Below the pieces are notes generated by a model. The model did not search any database. It was given only the letters and a program-made list of their open reading frames with translations, and was not told where the DNA came from. A DNA stretch of 64,000 nucleotides from Gemmatimonadota bacterium (lineage in GTDB: Bacteria > Gemmatimonadota > Gemmatimonadetes > Palauibacterales > Palauibacteraceae). The stretch spans positions 1,632,001 to 1,696,000 of the forward strand of contig OZ220691.1 in assembly GCA_965116475.1 (NCBI GenBank), given 5' to 3'. The position numbers and the translations under genes are program-made. Shown piece after piece: positions 19,281 through 27,711 of the stretch (the first letter of the stretch is position 1; each line of letters begins with the position of its first letter).

Positions 19281-20267
19281 GTGACGGCACATGTCGAGAT
19301 CCCCGGACTCACGCTGACCCTTGAGGACTTCGAGCGCGCGCGGAAACACGTCGCGCCGCACGTCTACCACACGCCGCTGCTCACTTCGCGCTCGCTCAGC
19401 GAGGCCTCCGGATTCGACATTCGGCTGAAGGCCGAGCTCTTCCAGCGCGGGGGTTCCTACAAGGTTCGGGGGCCGCTGAACGTGCTGGCGCACATGGGCG
19501 AGGAGGAGAAGGCGCGGGGCATCATCTGCTCCTCCGCCGGCAACCATGCGCAGGGCGTCGCGCTGGCGGCCCGCCTGCACGGGATTCCCGCCGTCGTGGT
19601 CATGGCCGAGAACGCGACCCCGGCCAAGATCGCGGCCACCGAGGGGTACGGCGCCGAGGTCGTCCTCCACGGGTCGATCTGGGACGAGGCGAACGAGCGG
19701 GCGCTCGAGCTGGTCGAGGAGCGCGGGCTCACCTACGTGCACCCGTTCGACAACCCGCGCCTGATCGCGGGCCAGGGCACGCTGGGCCTTGAGATCCTCG
19801 AGGACTGGCCGGAGGTCGAAGTCGTCGTCATCCCGATCGGGGGCGGCGGCCTCATCTCCGGCAACTCGATGGCGCTCAAGAGCGCGAACCCCGCGATCCG
19901 CGTGTTCGGCGTGGAATCCTCGGGGGCGCCCGCCATGAAGCGCACGGTCGAGTCCGGGGAGATGATCACGCTCGAGACCGTGGACTGCGTGATCGACGGC
20001 CTCAAGGTGATGCGGGTGGGCGACAACACGGCGTCCGTCGTGAGCCGTTTCGTGGAGCGCGTCGTCACGCTCCCGGACGACGACATCTTCGACGCCATGC
20101 TGTGGCTGATGACGCGGGCGAAGCTCGTGACCGAGGGCGCGGCCGCGGCGTCGGTGGCCGCGGTCCTGCACGGCCTCATCGACGCGCCGCCGGGGACGAA
20201 GGTCGCCTGCGTCCTCAGCGGCGGGAACCTCGACGTCGAACAACTGCGGGGACGGAGCTGGAACTGA
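19281..20267 (+). CDS. PLP-dependent threonine/serine dehydratase (no regulatory domain)
   Basis: 'LKAE.FQRGGSYKVRG', 'SAGNHAQG', 'HPFD', 'PIGGGGLISG', 'SGGN'. Confidence 0.9.
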   Translation: MTAHVEIPGLTLTLEDFERARKHVAPHVYHTPLLTSRSLSEASGFDIRLKAELFQRGGSYKVRGPLNVLAHMGEEEKARGIICSSAGNHAQGVALAARLHGIPAVVVMAENATPAKIAATEGYGAEVVLHGSIWDEANERALELVEERGLTYVHPFDNPRLIAGQGTLGLEILEDWPEVEVVVIPIGGGGLISGNSMALKSANPAIRVFGVESSGAPAMKRTVESGEMITLETVDCVIDGLKVMRVGDNTASVVSRFVERVVTLPDDDIFDAMLWLMTRAKLVTEGAAAASVAAVLHGLIDAPPGTKVACVLSGGNLDVEQLRGRSWN

Positions 20268-22534
20268 ACGGCGGTCTCCGCGTCGCGCCGGCCATCCTCC
20301 TGCTCGGATCGCTGGCGCCCGCCGCCGCCACGGCACAGGAGCCGGCCCGTGAGGCGCCTGTCCGGATCGCGGTCGAGTCGGCGCCCCGCCCCACAGCCGC
20401 CGCCCTGCGCACGGATGCGCCGCCCACCGTGGACGGCCGCCTCGACGACCCCGTGTGGCGGCAGGCTCAACCCCTGACCGGGTTCGTACAGTCACGTCCC
20501 GACACCGGGGCGCCCGCCACCGAGAACACCGTCGTCTACTTCGTGTACGACGATCGCGCGCTCTACATCGGGGCGATCTGCCACGACTCCGAGCCCGACC
20601 GCTACTTCATCTCCAGCCTCAAGCAGGACTTCAACAGCGGATCTTCGGACGTCTTCGGCGTGGCGCTCGATACGTACCTCGACCGCCGCAACGGGTTCAT
20701 GTTCCTCGTGAATCCCGGCGGGGCGCTCAAGGACGTCCAGCTCTTCGACGACAGCCGCTCCGAGAACCAGGCGTGGGAAGGCCCCATCCGCGTCGAGACG
20801 ACCCGGAACGACGAGGGGTGGACGGTGGAGATCGAGATCCCCTTCTCCACGCTCCGCTTCAATCCCTCGGAAGAGGACCAGACGTGGGGACTCCAGATCC
20901 TGCGCCGCATCCGGCGCAAGGCGGAGGACACGTTCTGGGCGCCGCTCGACCGGCGCGACCAGATCCACAAGATGTCGAAGGCGGGGACGCTGACCGGATT
21001 CCGCGGCGTGGGCCCGGGACTCAACCTGCGCATGAAGCCCTACGCCCTCGCGCAGGACCAGGCGGGGACGCTGATCGAGGAAGGGCGCGCCGGCACCCAG
21101 GCCGGAACCCAGGCCGGAACCCAGGCCGGCACCCAGGCCGACATCGGGTTCGACATGAAGTTCGGGGTCACGCCGGGGCTTACGCTCGACCTCACGTACA
21201 ACACGGACTTCGCCCAGGTGGAGGTCGACCAGGAGCAGGTCAACCTCACCCGCTTCCCTCTTTTCTTCCCGGAGAAGCGGGACTTCTTCGTCGAGAACTC
21301 CGGCACCTTCGCCTTCGGCGACCAGTCGGAGCGCAGCTACCGGACCGGCGTCTCGCTGCGCGACTTCACCCTCTTCCACTCGCGCCGCATCGGGCTCACG
21401 GGGAGGGGGGAGCCGATCCCCATCCTCGGCGGCGCGCGGCTCACGGGCCGGACGGCCGGGTTCGAGGTCGGGCTCATGAACCTCCAGACCCGGTCCGGCC
21501 GCGGTCTCCCGGCCGAGAACTTCTCGGTCATGCGGGCGCGCCGGAGCGTGTTCGGGACGTCGGACGTGGGGGCGATCTTCATCAACCGTGAGGCGACCGG
21601 CTCGGAGATCGAGGGCTATCCCGGCTTCAACCGCAACGTGGGTTTCGACGCGAACCTGAGGCCGCTCCCGTCGCTGCTCCTCGCCCCCTTCCTGGCCTGG
21701 ACCGACTCGCCGGATGCCGACGGGAACGCCCTTGCGGGCCGGCTGTGGGCCGGCTGGCGCGACGAACTGTGGGACGTGTCCGCGCTGTGGCGCCACGTGG
21801 GCGAGGACTTCAACCCGGCGGTGGGCTTCGTGCGCCGGCGCGACATCCGGCAGAGCTACGCCACGGTGGGGCTCCACCCGCGACCGCCCGTGCCCGGAGT
21901 GCAGGAGGTCAATCCCTGGATCGAGTTCGACTACATCCGGGACCTCCAGTCCGTCCTCGTGACGCGGAGACGGACGGCGGGGTTCGGGATCTCGTTCCTG
22001 AACGGGAGCGGGCTCACGCTCAACTACACGGACCGGTTCGAACTCCTGCGGGAACCGTTCCGGGTTTCAAGGGACGCGACGATTCCAACGGGCCGCTACG
22101 ACTTCGGCTCCGGGTCGGTGCAGTACCGGTCGGCGCCGGGCCGGGCGCTGACCGGGTTCGTCCGGGTCGAGCGCGGCGGGTTCTTCGACGGAACGCTGAC
22201 GTCGCTGTCGGGCGGCCTCATGTGGCGGCCGAACCACCACCTCTCCGTCGACCTCTCGGCGAACCACAACGACATCTCGCTGCCGGATGGGGCGTTCACG
22301 GCGGACGTGTTCGGAGGGCGGGTCGACTACGGCTTCTCGACGAAGGTCTTCGCGAGCGCCTTCGTCCAGTACAATGCGGCCGAGGACCAGTTCGTGACGA
22401 ACGTGCGCTTCAACTACCTGTATTCGCCCCTCAGCGACATCTTCCTCGTCTACACCGAGCGCCGCGACATGGCCGCAGGCATGACCGTCGAGCGCGTCCT
22501 CGCCGCCAAGGTGTCGAAGTCCATCGGCTTCTAA
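20264..22534 (+). CDS. CBM9-like / DUF5916 outer-membrane protein
   Basis: 'VDGRLDDPVW', 'EIPFSTLRF', 'NTDFAQVEVD..VNLTRFPLFFPEKRDFF.E'; terminal Phe. The proposed start is a CTG overlapping the upstream TGA. Confidence 0.8.
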   Translation: MNGGLRVAPAILLLGSLAPAAATAQEPAREAPVRIAVESAPRPTAAALRTDAPPTVDGRLDDPVWRQAQPLTGFVQSRPDTGAPATENTVVYFVYDDRALYIGAICHDSEPDRYFISSLKQDFNSGSSDVFGVALDTYLDRRNGFMFLVNPGGALKDVQLFDDSRSENQAWEGPIRVETTRNDEGWTVEIEIPFSTLRFNPSEEDQTWGLQILRRIRRKAEDTFWAPLDRRDQIHKMSKAGTLTGFRGVGPGLNLRMKPYALAQDQAGTLIEEGRAGTQAGTQAGTQAGTQADIGFDMKFGVTPGLTLDLTYNTDFAQVEVDQEQVNLTRFPLFFPEKRDFFVENSGTFAFGDQSERSYRTGVSLRDFTLFHSRRIGLTGRGEPIPILGGARLTGRTAGFEVGLMNLQTRSGRGLPAENFSVMRARRSVFGTSDVGAIFINREATGSEIEGYPGFNRNVGFDANLRPLPSLLLAPFLAWTDSPDADGNALAGRLWAGWRDELWDVSALWRHVGEDFNPAVGFVRRRDIRQSYATVGLHPRPPVPGVQEVNPWIEFDYIRDLQSVLVTRRRTAGFGISFLNGSGLTLNYTDRFELLREPFRVSRDATIPTGRYDFGSGSVQYRSAPGRALTGFVRVERGGFFDGTLTSLSGGLMWRPNHHLSVDLSANHNDISLPDGAFTADVFGGRVDYGFSTKVFASAFVQYNAAEDQFVTNVRFNYLYSPLSDIFLVYTERRDMAAGMTVERVLAAKVSKSIGF
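21089..21140. repeat. 12-bp tandem repeat x4 (GCCGGMACCCAG; AGTQ)
   Basis: Read directly in the sequence. Confidence 0.9.
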
Positions 22535-22598
22535 CCTGCCGTTCTGGCGGTTACCGAGTGCGCGCGCTGCACGGAAATGTTGCGTGGCTCCACAAGTT

Positions 22599-22616
22599 TA
22601 GACTAGTATCAGTCTA
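22599..22616. promoter_or_regulatory. Probable TA operator, inverted repeat TAGACT-N6-AGTCTA
   Basis: Perfect 6-bp inverted repeat in an AT-rich stretch just upstream of the Phd antitoxin gene. Confidence 0.55.
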
Positions 22617-22650
22617 GTTGGAATTTTAGGTTCGGGAGAAGGAACACGCC

Positions 22651-22893
22651 ATGCCGGACATCGGCGCCTTTGAAGCCAAGACGCACCTGCCCCGCCTCCT
22701 GCGGCGCGTACAGACGGGGGAGCGTTTCGTCATCACGAGGCACGGCCGTCCCGTCGCAGAGTTGATCCCCTTCCGAACGACCGACCCCGACGAGGTTCAG
22801 GCGGCGATCGACGACCTGAAGGCGTTCCAGGCGGCGCACAGCCTCGGCGGACTCTCCGTTCGGGACATGATCGAGGAAGGTCGCCGCTATTGA
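22651..22893 (+). CDS. Phd/YefM-family antitoxin
   Basis: 'IGAFEAKTHLPRLLRRVQ.GE..VITRHGRPVAEL'. Confidence 0.9.
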   Translation: MPDIGAFEAKTHLPRLLRRVQTGERFVITRHGRPVAELIPFRTTDPDEVQAAIDDLKAFQAAHSLGGLSVRDMIEEGRRY

Positions 22894-23306
22894 CGTTCGT
22901 GCTCGACTGTTCCGTCACGATGGCCTGGGTGTTCCCGGACGAGGCAACGGACGATACGGCTCGTCTCCGCGATGCCCTGCGGGAGGGACGAGCGTTCGTT
23001 CCGTCCCTGTGGCCGGTCGAGGTCGCAAACGTGCTGCTCGTCGCTACGCGCCGGGGGCGGATCGCCGAGGCCGATTGGCCGCGGATCTGGCGGAACCTGG
23101 ATGCTCTGCCGCTTACCATCGATCCCGTTTCCACATCCCGCATCCGTGGACCGGTGCTCGACGTCGCCCACGCGCACGGGCTCTCCGTCTACGATGCGAC
23201 GTATCTGGAACTGGCCATCCGGCTGCGCCTGCCGCTTGCCACGCTGGATCGGGCGCTCGGGGACGCCGCACGAGCGGCGGGCCTCGAGGTGCCGACCGTC
23301 ACATAG
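22890..23306 (+). CDS. vapC: VapC PIN-domain toxin
   Basis: 'FVLDCSV', 'EVANVL', 'LSVYDATYLELA', 'LATLD'; TTGA overlap with the antitoxin. Confidence 0.9.
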   Translation: MTFVLDCSVTMAWVFPDEATDDTARLRDALREGRAFVPSLWPVEVANVLLVATRRGRIAEADWPRIWRNLDALPLTIDPVSTSRIRGPVLDVAHAHGLSVYDATYLELAIRLRLPLATLDRALGDAARAAGLEVPTVT

Positions 23307-23360
23307 CCGGATTCGGAGGGGCACCGCCGCGTTCCCGCGGGAACGTGGCCGGGAGGTCCG

Positions 23361-24368
23361 CTACTCGTGGCGGGCGAGCCAGGCGCGGAGGCGGTCGGCC
23401 TCCTCGCTGGCGGATGGGTCGAGTTCCGCCTGGTAGAGCCGACTGCGGATGACGAAGACATCCATCTCGTCCGGCGGCGCGTCCCGTTCGAGGATTTCCC
23501 GCACCTTCTTCAGGAAGAACGTACCCCAATCGGGTCGGCGCCCGTCGACGTCGGTGAAGTCGTACTCCTTCGCGAGGCCCCAGCTCGAGAACAGTCCGCC
23601 GCTCTTCGCCGCGACGTGCGGGTCGGCGGCGAGCGCGGCGATGGCGCGGCCGACGTAGCACGGCGTCTCGGACTCGGCGAAGTACTCGTCCTTCTCGATC
23701 GCGTCGCGCCAGCCGGCCTCGGTGACGCCGAAGTGGTCGAGCACCGCCTCGGAGCGCAGGAAACCGGGGGTGATCGCGAGTGCCGTGACGCCGTGCGGAT
23801 GGAGGTCGGCGGCCATCGCGTAGGCGAGCCGGACGACCGCGTTCTTCGCCAGGTCGTAGAAGAGGTTGCCGCGGTAGCCGAACGTGTCGCCGTCCGTGAC
23901 TTCGACGATGAGGCCGGCGTGGCGCTCGACCATCAGCGGGGCGCCGTGACGGCTCGTGATGACGTGCGTGTGGACGGCCCGCTCGAGCAGTTGCGCGCCC
24001 TGCGCGATGGAGAGTTGCCAGAAGGGCTTCCCCCACTCGGTGAGCGCGTCGCCGCCCCAGATGTCGTTCACCAGGACGTCGAGCCGGCCGGCCTCGTCGC
24101 GGACGCGGGCGAAGAGCCGCTCGACCTCCGATTCGACCGTGTGGTCGGTGCGGACGGCGATCCCCCGGCCGCCCTCCGACGTCACCAGGTCCGCGGTCTC
24201 CTCCAGCGTCTCCGACCGTCCCGGCGTGGCGGGATGGCCCCGGACGCTGCGGCCGGTGCAGTAGACGGTGACGCCCGCCTCGCCGAGCATGCGGGCGATG
24301 CCGCGCCCGGCGCCGCGCGTCGCGCCGGCAACGACGGCCACCCGGTCCTTTAGCGGACGGTCCGGCAT
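23361..24368 (-). CDS. SDR family oxidoreductase
   Basis: 'VVAGATRGAGRGIA', 'LDVLVN', YDLAK catalytic motif. Confidence 0.9.
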   Translation of the reverse strand: MPDRPLKDRVAVVAGATRGAGRGIARMLGEAGVTVYCTGRSVRGHPATPGRSETLEETADLVTSEGGRGIAVRTDHTVESEVERLFARVRDEAGRLDVLVNDIWGGDALTEWGKPFWQLSIAQGAQLLERAVHTHVITSRHGAPLMVERHAGLIVEVTDGDTFGYRGNLFYDLAKNAVVRLAYAMAADLHPHGVTALAITPGFLRSEAVLDHFGVTEAGWRDAIEKDEYFAESETPCYVGRAIAALAADPHVAAKSGGLFSSWGLAKEYDFTDVDGRRPDWGTFFLKKVREILERDAPPDEMDVFVIRSRLYQAELDPSASEEADRLRAWLARHE

Positions 24369-24373
24369 GCGGT

Positions 24374-25594
24374 TCAGAAGCGCAGGCGGAGGAGCGGGAT
24401 GTTCCAGGCCGTGTGCCGCCGACCGTTCCGCTCCGGATCGAAGACCGTCGTCGGGGATGGCATCGGCAGGCCGACCTCAAGTCGGGCACCGTCGGACCAG
24501 TTCAGGAGAGCGCCCGCGGGGGGCCCGGATGCAGCGGGCGACCCGGAGGACCCGGCCTCCGGCGTACCCTCGCCGTCCCGGGTCAGCAGCGCCCCGAGGG
24601 CGAGCCCCGCGGCGCTCGTGGCGAGCGGGATGGCAATGTCGGAATCCGCGTTGCCCGGTTCGGCGATGAGCAAGATGCCGATCCCGCCGAAGCCGCCGAT
24701 CAGACCCCCGAGGCTGATGAGGTGCGCGCGACGGGAGGAAAGGTCGAACCGACTCCCGGCCAGCGCTCCGGCGATCAGGCCCGCGTTGCCCACGAGCAGC
24801 GTGCTCGCCCACATCGCGTCGTCGTCCAGGTCCAGCGCGGCCGCCCCCCCGAGTCCGAACCACGTCCCCCACAGGCTGCCCAGGTACGTCGCCGAGGCCG
24901 TACCCTCCGAGGTGTCGCGCGCGAGGAGCGCGGCCGTGACGATGCCGGCCAGTCCGCCGGCCAGTGCCGCGGTCACGACCGCTTGCTCACCCGGATCGCA
25001 GTATTCGCAGTCCGGATCGGCGCCCAGGTTCAGCGCGTGCGCCCAGCCCACGCCCTGCCAGGTGCCCCACGTACCGGCCCAACTGATCGTGCGCGACCGG
25101 CCCACCGAGAGGGACGGAGAGAACACGCGGCCGGCCAGGTAACCCACCGGTCCGCCGAGCAGAAGACCCACGCCGCGGGACTCCGAACTGGTCGCATCGG
25201 CCAGCACGGGCACCGCGACGCCCCCCAGCCACAGGCCGTAGAGCGTCGACCAGACGCGGAACTCCGTGTCGCCGCGCCGATCCTGCGGCGCGACGCCCGG
25301 CGCCAGCCCCGTCGCGGCCGCCCCTGCCACCGCCCCCAGCCCTTCCAGCCGGGCCCGGGCCAGCGTCGCCCCCGGCGTGTCGGGGTAGCGGCGGATGACC
25401 TCCTCATACAGGGCCCGGGCAACCTCGATTTCTCCGCGCTCCTCGAAGTCGCCCGCCGTCGCGACGAGCACCGCGGCCGAGTCTGCCGCGGTCAGCTGCG
25501 CGGCGGCGGGCCGCGGGCCGCCGAGGAGGGCGGCCAGGCAGGCAAAGATCGCGAGGCCGGAGCACCGCGCCCGCAGGACCCCTCGCGAGTTCAC
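24374..25594 (-). CDS. Exported protein with TPR-like N-terminus and Gly-rich hydrophobic repeats
   Basis: Signal peptide; 'ARALYEEVIRRYPDTP' TPR-like motif; repeated 'GTWQG/GTWFG' segments; terminal Phe. Confidence 0.65.
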   Translation of the reverse strand: MNSRGVLRARCSGLAIFACLAALLGGPRPAAAQLTAADSAAVLVATAGDFEERGEIEVARALYEEVIRRYPDTPGATLARARLEGLGAVAGAAATGLAPGVAPQDRRGDTEFRVWSTLYGLWLGGVAVPVLADATSSESRGVGLLLGGPVGYLAGRVFSPSLSVGRSRTISWAGTWGTWQGVGWAHALNLGADPDCEYCDPGEQAVVTAALAGGLAGIVTAALLARDTSEGTASATYLGSLWGTWFGLGGAAALDLDDDAMWASTLLVGNAGLIAGALAGSRFDLSSRRAHLISLGGLIGGFGGIGILLIAEPGNADSDIAIPLATSAAGLALGALLTRDGEGTPEAGSSGSPAASGPPAGALLNWSDGARLEVGLPMPSPTTVFDPERNGRRHTAWNIPLLRLRF

Positions 25595-25607
25595 CGGGGA
25601 CGGGCGG

Positions 25608-27047
25608 TCAGCGGATGCCGACGAGGCCGCGGACCGACTCGATGAGCTTCGGTGCGTCCCAGCCCACGCCGCCCTTGAACACGATGCGCGTCTCGCGGAT
25701 GTGGCCGTCCGCCTCGGGATCGCCCTCCAGCACCACCAGGTCCGCGACCTTGCCGACCTCGATCGTCCCCGTTTCGTCGTCGATCCCCAGCACCCTCGCG
25801 CCGTTCGCGCTCATGATCCGCACGACCTCGGCCGGGGTGAATCCGGCCTCGAGCAGCAGTTCGTAGTTCTTCTGGTCGCCGTAGCCCGGGGGCGCCGCGC
25901 CGTATCCGGTGGGATCGACGCCGGCTGCGAGCGTCCCTCCCGCCTGCACGAAGGCGTACTCGTACTCGAGCGCCTTCCGGTAGACGTCGGGGTGGATGCC
26001 GATCCCGGAATCGAGCGTCGCGTTGCGCCGCAGGTCGGCGATCTCCCGCACTTCGGCCGCGATTTCGGGGGCGAGGATGTCGTAGATGCGCTCGTCGATG
26101 GGACCGCGTCCCGGCACGGAGATCTCGTACACGGCCAGCGTCGACGTCATCGCGACGTCGTTCTCGATCATCATGCGGAACGTCTCCTGCACCTCCTCGG
26201 AGTTCACATCGAGGTCGGCGTAGCCGTTCCGGAACCCCGACGGGCAGTCGTCCGGCTCCTTCCCCGGGAAGTACTCGCTGTTCGCGAGCAGGCCGTGCTC
26301 CAGGTTGTCGATCCCGAGCGCCACGGCCTCCTGGTATCCGACGGAGCAGAGGTGGGCCGTCACCTTCACGCCGTGCCGGTGCGCCTCGTCGATCGCCGCG
26401 CCGAGTTCCTCGCGGCTGATCCAGGTGTAGGCCTTGAACCAGGGCACGCCCTCCTCCGCCCAGTAGCGCACGAGACGCCGCGCCTGCTCCGGCCCCTCGA
26501 GCTGGGCCATCGACTGCGAACCCTCCTGCCCCGTGAGGTAGGGACCGGTCGTGAACATGTTCGGGCCGATGGTGCGCCCCTCGTCGATGGCCCGCTTGAG
26601 GTTGATCTCCTCGTACGGCGCGCGCGCCCCCGTCGTCCGGATCGTCGTCACGCCGGAGGCGAGATAGAGCCGCGACCCCGAGAAGGAGAGCTGCGCCGCC
26701 CGTCCGTTCCCACCCGTGTAGTAGCTGTGGTTGTGCAGCCCGACGAGGCCCGGGATGACGGTGTGCCCGGAGAGGTCGAGCACCTGCGCGTTCCGGATCC
26801 GGTCCGCGACCTCGCCGGCGGGGCCGATGTCCGCGATGCGGCCGTCCCGGATGACGATGGTCTGTCCCTCGCGCGCGGGGCCGCCGGTCCCATCGATCAC
26901 CTTCACGTTCGTGAGCGCGACGGTCGGCGCCTGCACCGCGATGAAGTCTTCCATCGCTTCCTGCGCTTCGGCTGCCGTGGACGACGTTGCCGCGACGGCG
27001 AGCGCCGCGAAGAGGGCAAAGAAGGAACGGCGGCGGGCGGTCATCAT
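25608..27047 (-). CDS. Exported amidohydrolase family protein
   Basis: 'VIPGLVGLHNH', 'GVTTIR', 'TAH', 'LEHG', 'GTIEVGKVADLVVL.GDP'. Confidence 0.9.
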   Translation of the reverse strand: MMTARRRSFFALFAALAVAATSSTAAEAQEAMEDFIAVQAPTVALTNVKVIDGTGGPAREGQTIVIRDGRIADIGPAGEVADRIRNAQVLDLSGHTVIPGLVGLHNHSYYTGGNGRAAQLSFSGSRLYLASGVTTIRTTGARAPYEEINLKRAIDEGRTIGPNMFTTGPYLTGQEGSQSMAQLEGPEQARRLVRYWAEEGVPWFKAYTWISREELGAAIDEAHRHGVKVTAHLCSVGYQEAVALGIDNLEHGLLANSEYFPGKEPDDCPSGFRNGYADLDVNSEEVQETFRMMIENDVAMTSTLAVYEISVPGRGPIDERIYDILAPEIAAEVREIADLRRNATLDSGIGIHPDVYRKALEYEYAFVQAGGTLAAGVDPTGYGAAPPGYGDQKNYELLLEAGFTPAEVVRIMSANGARVLGIDDETGTIEVGKVADLVVLEGDPEADGHIRETRIVFKGGVGWDAPKLIESVRGLVGIR

Positions 27048-27075
27048 GACAACTTCCTTTCTCACTGCCGGGCGT

Positions 27076-27420
27076 CTACAGATCCAGGATGAGCCGCAGT
27101 CCGGCTTCGACCCGACTCATGAGCTTGCGTGATACTTGGCCGCACCGGTCCCCGAGATAGTCTTCGTCGATGGTCACGAGTTGGGTCACGTTTGCCACGG
27201 AGTCCTTCGGCAGTCCTGTTGCCGATGCCGGCAGCAGAACGTTGCCCGGGGCGTCCAGATAGCGCGTATTCGATGTCAGCGCTACGCCGATCACGGTCCT
27301 CAGCCTGCTTCGATTGAAGGAGTCGGCCTGTACGATGAGAATCGGACGACGAAACCCCGGCTCTGAGGCTCGAGGTTCGTCGAGATCCGCCCATCTCACT
27401 TCTCGTCGCGCGATTACCAC
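27076..27420 (-). CDS. mazF: PemK/MazF-family toxin
   Basis: 'WADL.EP..SEPGFRRP.LIVQ.D.FN', 'TGLPKDSVANVTQL.TID'. Confidence 0.9.
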   Translation of the reverse strand: MVIARREVRWADLDEPRASEPGFRRPILIVQADSFNRSRLRTVIGVALTSNTRYLDAPGNVLLPASATGLPKDSVANVTQLVTIDEDYLGDRCGQVSRKLMSRVEAGLRLILDL

Positions 27421-27647
27421 TCTTCGGCGACTGAGCGGGCCTGCACCCGACGGAGAGCAGGATCGACTTCGCCGGAAAGGTCGGCGTACACGGCGTTCAG
27501 CTTGGCGGTGATGTCCTCGCTACGATGTTTCGCGACGTATTCGGCCACCGCGGTCGCGTAGAGTTCGCTTCGCGAGACTCTCATCCGCTTCGCGAGCGAG
27601 TCGGCCGAGGCAAAAAGTTCGTCGGGCACCGAGATCGCTGTCTTCAT
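27414..27647 (-). CDS. RHH antitoxin (MazE6/CopG-like)
   Basis: 'MKTAISVPDELF..AD.LA....SRSELYA.A..EY', 'IT.KLN.VY', ends EW; overlaps mazF. Confidence 0.88.
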   Translation of the reverse strand: MKTAISVPDELFASADSLAKRMRVSRSELYATAVAEYVAKHRSEDITAKLNAVYADLSGEVDPALRRVQARSVAEEW

Positions 27648-27668
27648 ACCGTAGTAATACTATGGTAT
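27646..27668. promoter_or_regulatory. mazEF operator, inverted repeat overlapping the start codon
   Basis: ATACCGTAGTA-A-TACTATGGTAT (10 of 11 positions pair). The minus strand has TAGTAT 9 nt before ATG and no SD. Confidence 0.65.
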
Positions 27669-27711
27669 AACCCACGGATCAACCCCCGAAGGATCGCTGG
27701 CCGGCATCCGA

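Noticed and set aside
22532..22553. TAAC...GTTA hairpin as an integron attC site
   Set aside because: Only 22 bp, far shorter than an attC, and no integrase is present. More likely a terminator-like hairpin, though without a U-tract.
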